From Cetorhinus maximus (taxonomy: Eukaryota), in assembly GCF_964194155.1 (NCBI RefSeq), contig NC_135901.1:25110001-25174000 (forward strand): a stretch of 64,000 bases of DNA, in the 5' to 3' direction. This document shows positions 63,290 through 64,000 of this stretch, in pieces (position 1 is the stretch's first letter; each line of letters opens with the position of its first letter). The notes below the pieces were generated by a model. The model saw only the letters and a list, made by a program, of their open reading frames with translations. It was not told where the DNA came from and ran no database searches. A program made the position numbers and the translations under genes.

Positions 63290-63600
63290 AACTCACTGGA
63301 ACCTCAGCAGCTGGTGTGAACAGGCGTTTCCTTTCCACTAAGAATGTGCTGATTGTATATCAATTGCTTTGAACTTCTAAAACTGAAATGTTAACTGTTG
63401 GAAAAACTGAATAGTACACATATGAAGTATCTGAATGGCCTCCCTCCGATATGACTGCTGTTGTGCCAGTAAATGGGGTGATCAAGTGAATCCCTTTCCA
63501 CATGCAGCTGATGAACAGTGTTTCTGTGATGTGATTGTACCCGTGAGTTTCGAGCTCAGATCGACTTTGCAAACTCAATGCAACAATTTCCACATTCTCG
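63290..63600 (-). pseudogene. Highly decayed ZNF remnant
   Basis: SELETH..H...TGTGGAAAGGGATTCACT (CGKGFT) on the minus strand. Confidence 0.55.
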
Positions 63601-64000
63601 AGGTTCCCTGGCCAAGGAAAAGCAAAATACTGTGGATGCTGTTAATATGAAATAAAAATGGAAAATGCTGCAAATACTTTGAAATTGAGCAACTTCCAGA
63701 TCGGAACTAGAATTGATGTGGTGTGTTGCAGCTGTAGCATGTGAGAACTGGTGGACATCAATATGATTCACAGCAACCACACCTGCAGTAAGCATAACTC
63801 GAGGAATTTCAGCTCAGAGTTGTTGAGCTGGGGCCTGAAGTTTGGACAATGTGATACATCAGGGAGGGAGAAAGTTCCCTGGGCAATTTGATCCAGAAAG
63901 CAGTCACTCGCCTTAAATTATATAAAATCAGATTCAGTCTGTGGTCAGGAACAGGAGGGTGTGACTACTCGTAAGACAGATATGGGTATGACAGGTCGTG

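Noticed and set aside
63750-63795. GVVAVNHID peptide on the minus strand resembling the ZNF tail
   Set aside because: Short match without a clear preceding finger or QD-stop; it may be chance or a very old remnant.

Overview
Vertebrate genomic DNA, most likely a shark or other elasmobranch, judged from the repeat content (CR1/HER1-type, L2 and RTE LINEs, a DeuSINE, Penelope-like elements). The left end holds the first coding exon of a dopamine D2-type receptor (minus strand; the rest of the gene lies off-window). Most of the window is a birth-and-death cluster of about 12 C2H2 zinc-finger genes and remnants with no recognisable KRAB domain. Two ORFs are intact (28601-29272, 47506-48444) and one is truncated but long (61419-62360). 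The paralogues share a CpG/NRF1/YY1/CCAAT promoter module, a splice acceptor and a 3' module. Main unexplained signals: (1) a conserved, frame-preserved peptide (consensus about LQELDSAVIAAVNHIQD*) directly behind the UGA-CUG stop of many ZNF paralogues and fused in frame in others, a candidate readthrough effector tail; (2) a single-ORF LINE whose 5' end is a tRNA-derived SINE head, with an internally deleted copy and a SINE sharing both ends; (3) about ten Penelope-derived mini-insertions carrying minimal hammerhead ribozyme motifs, including a perfect 118-bp palindrome in a ZNF 3' region. All calls are by eye. Repeat boundaries are approximate unless target-site duplications (TSDs) are quoted.
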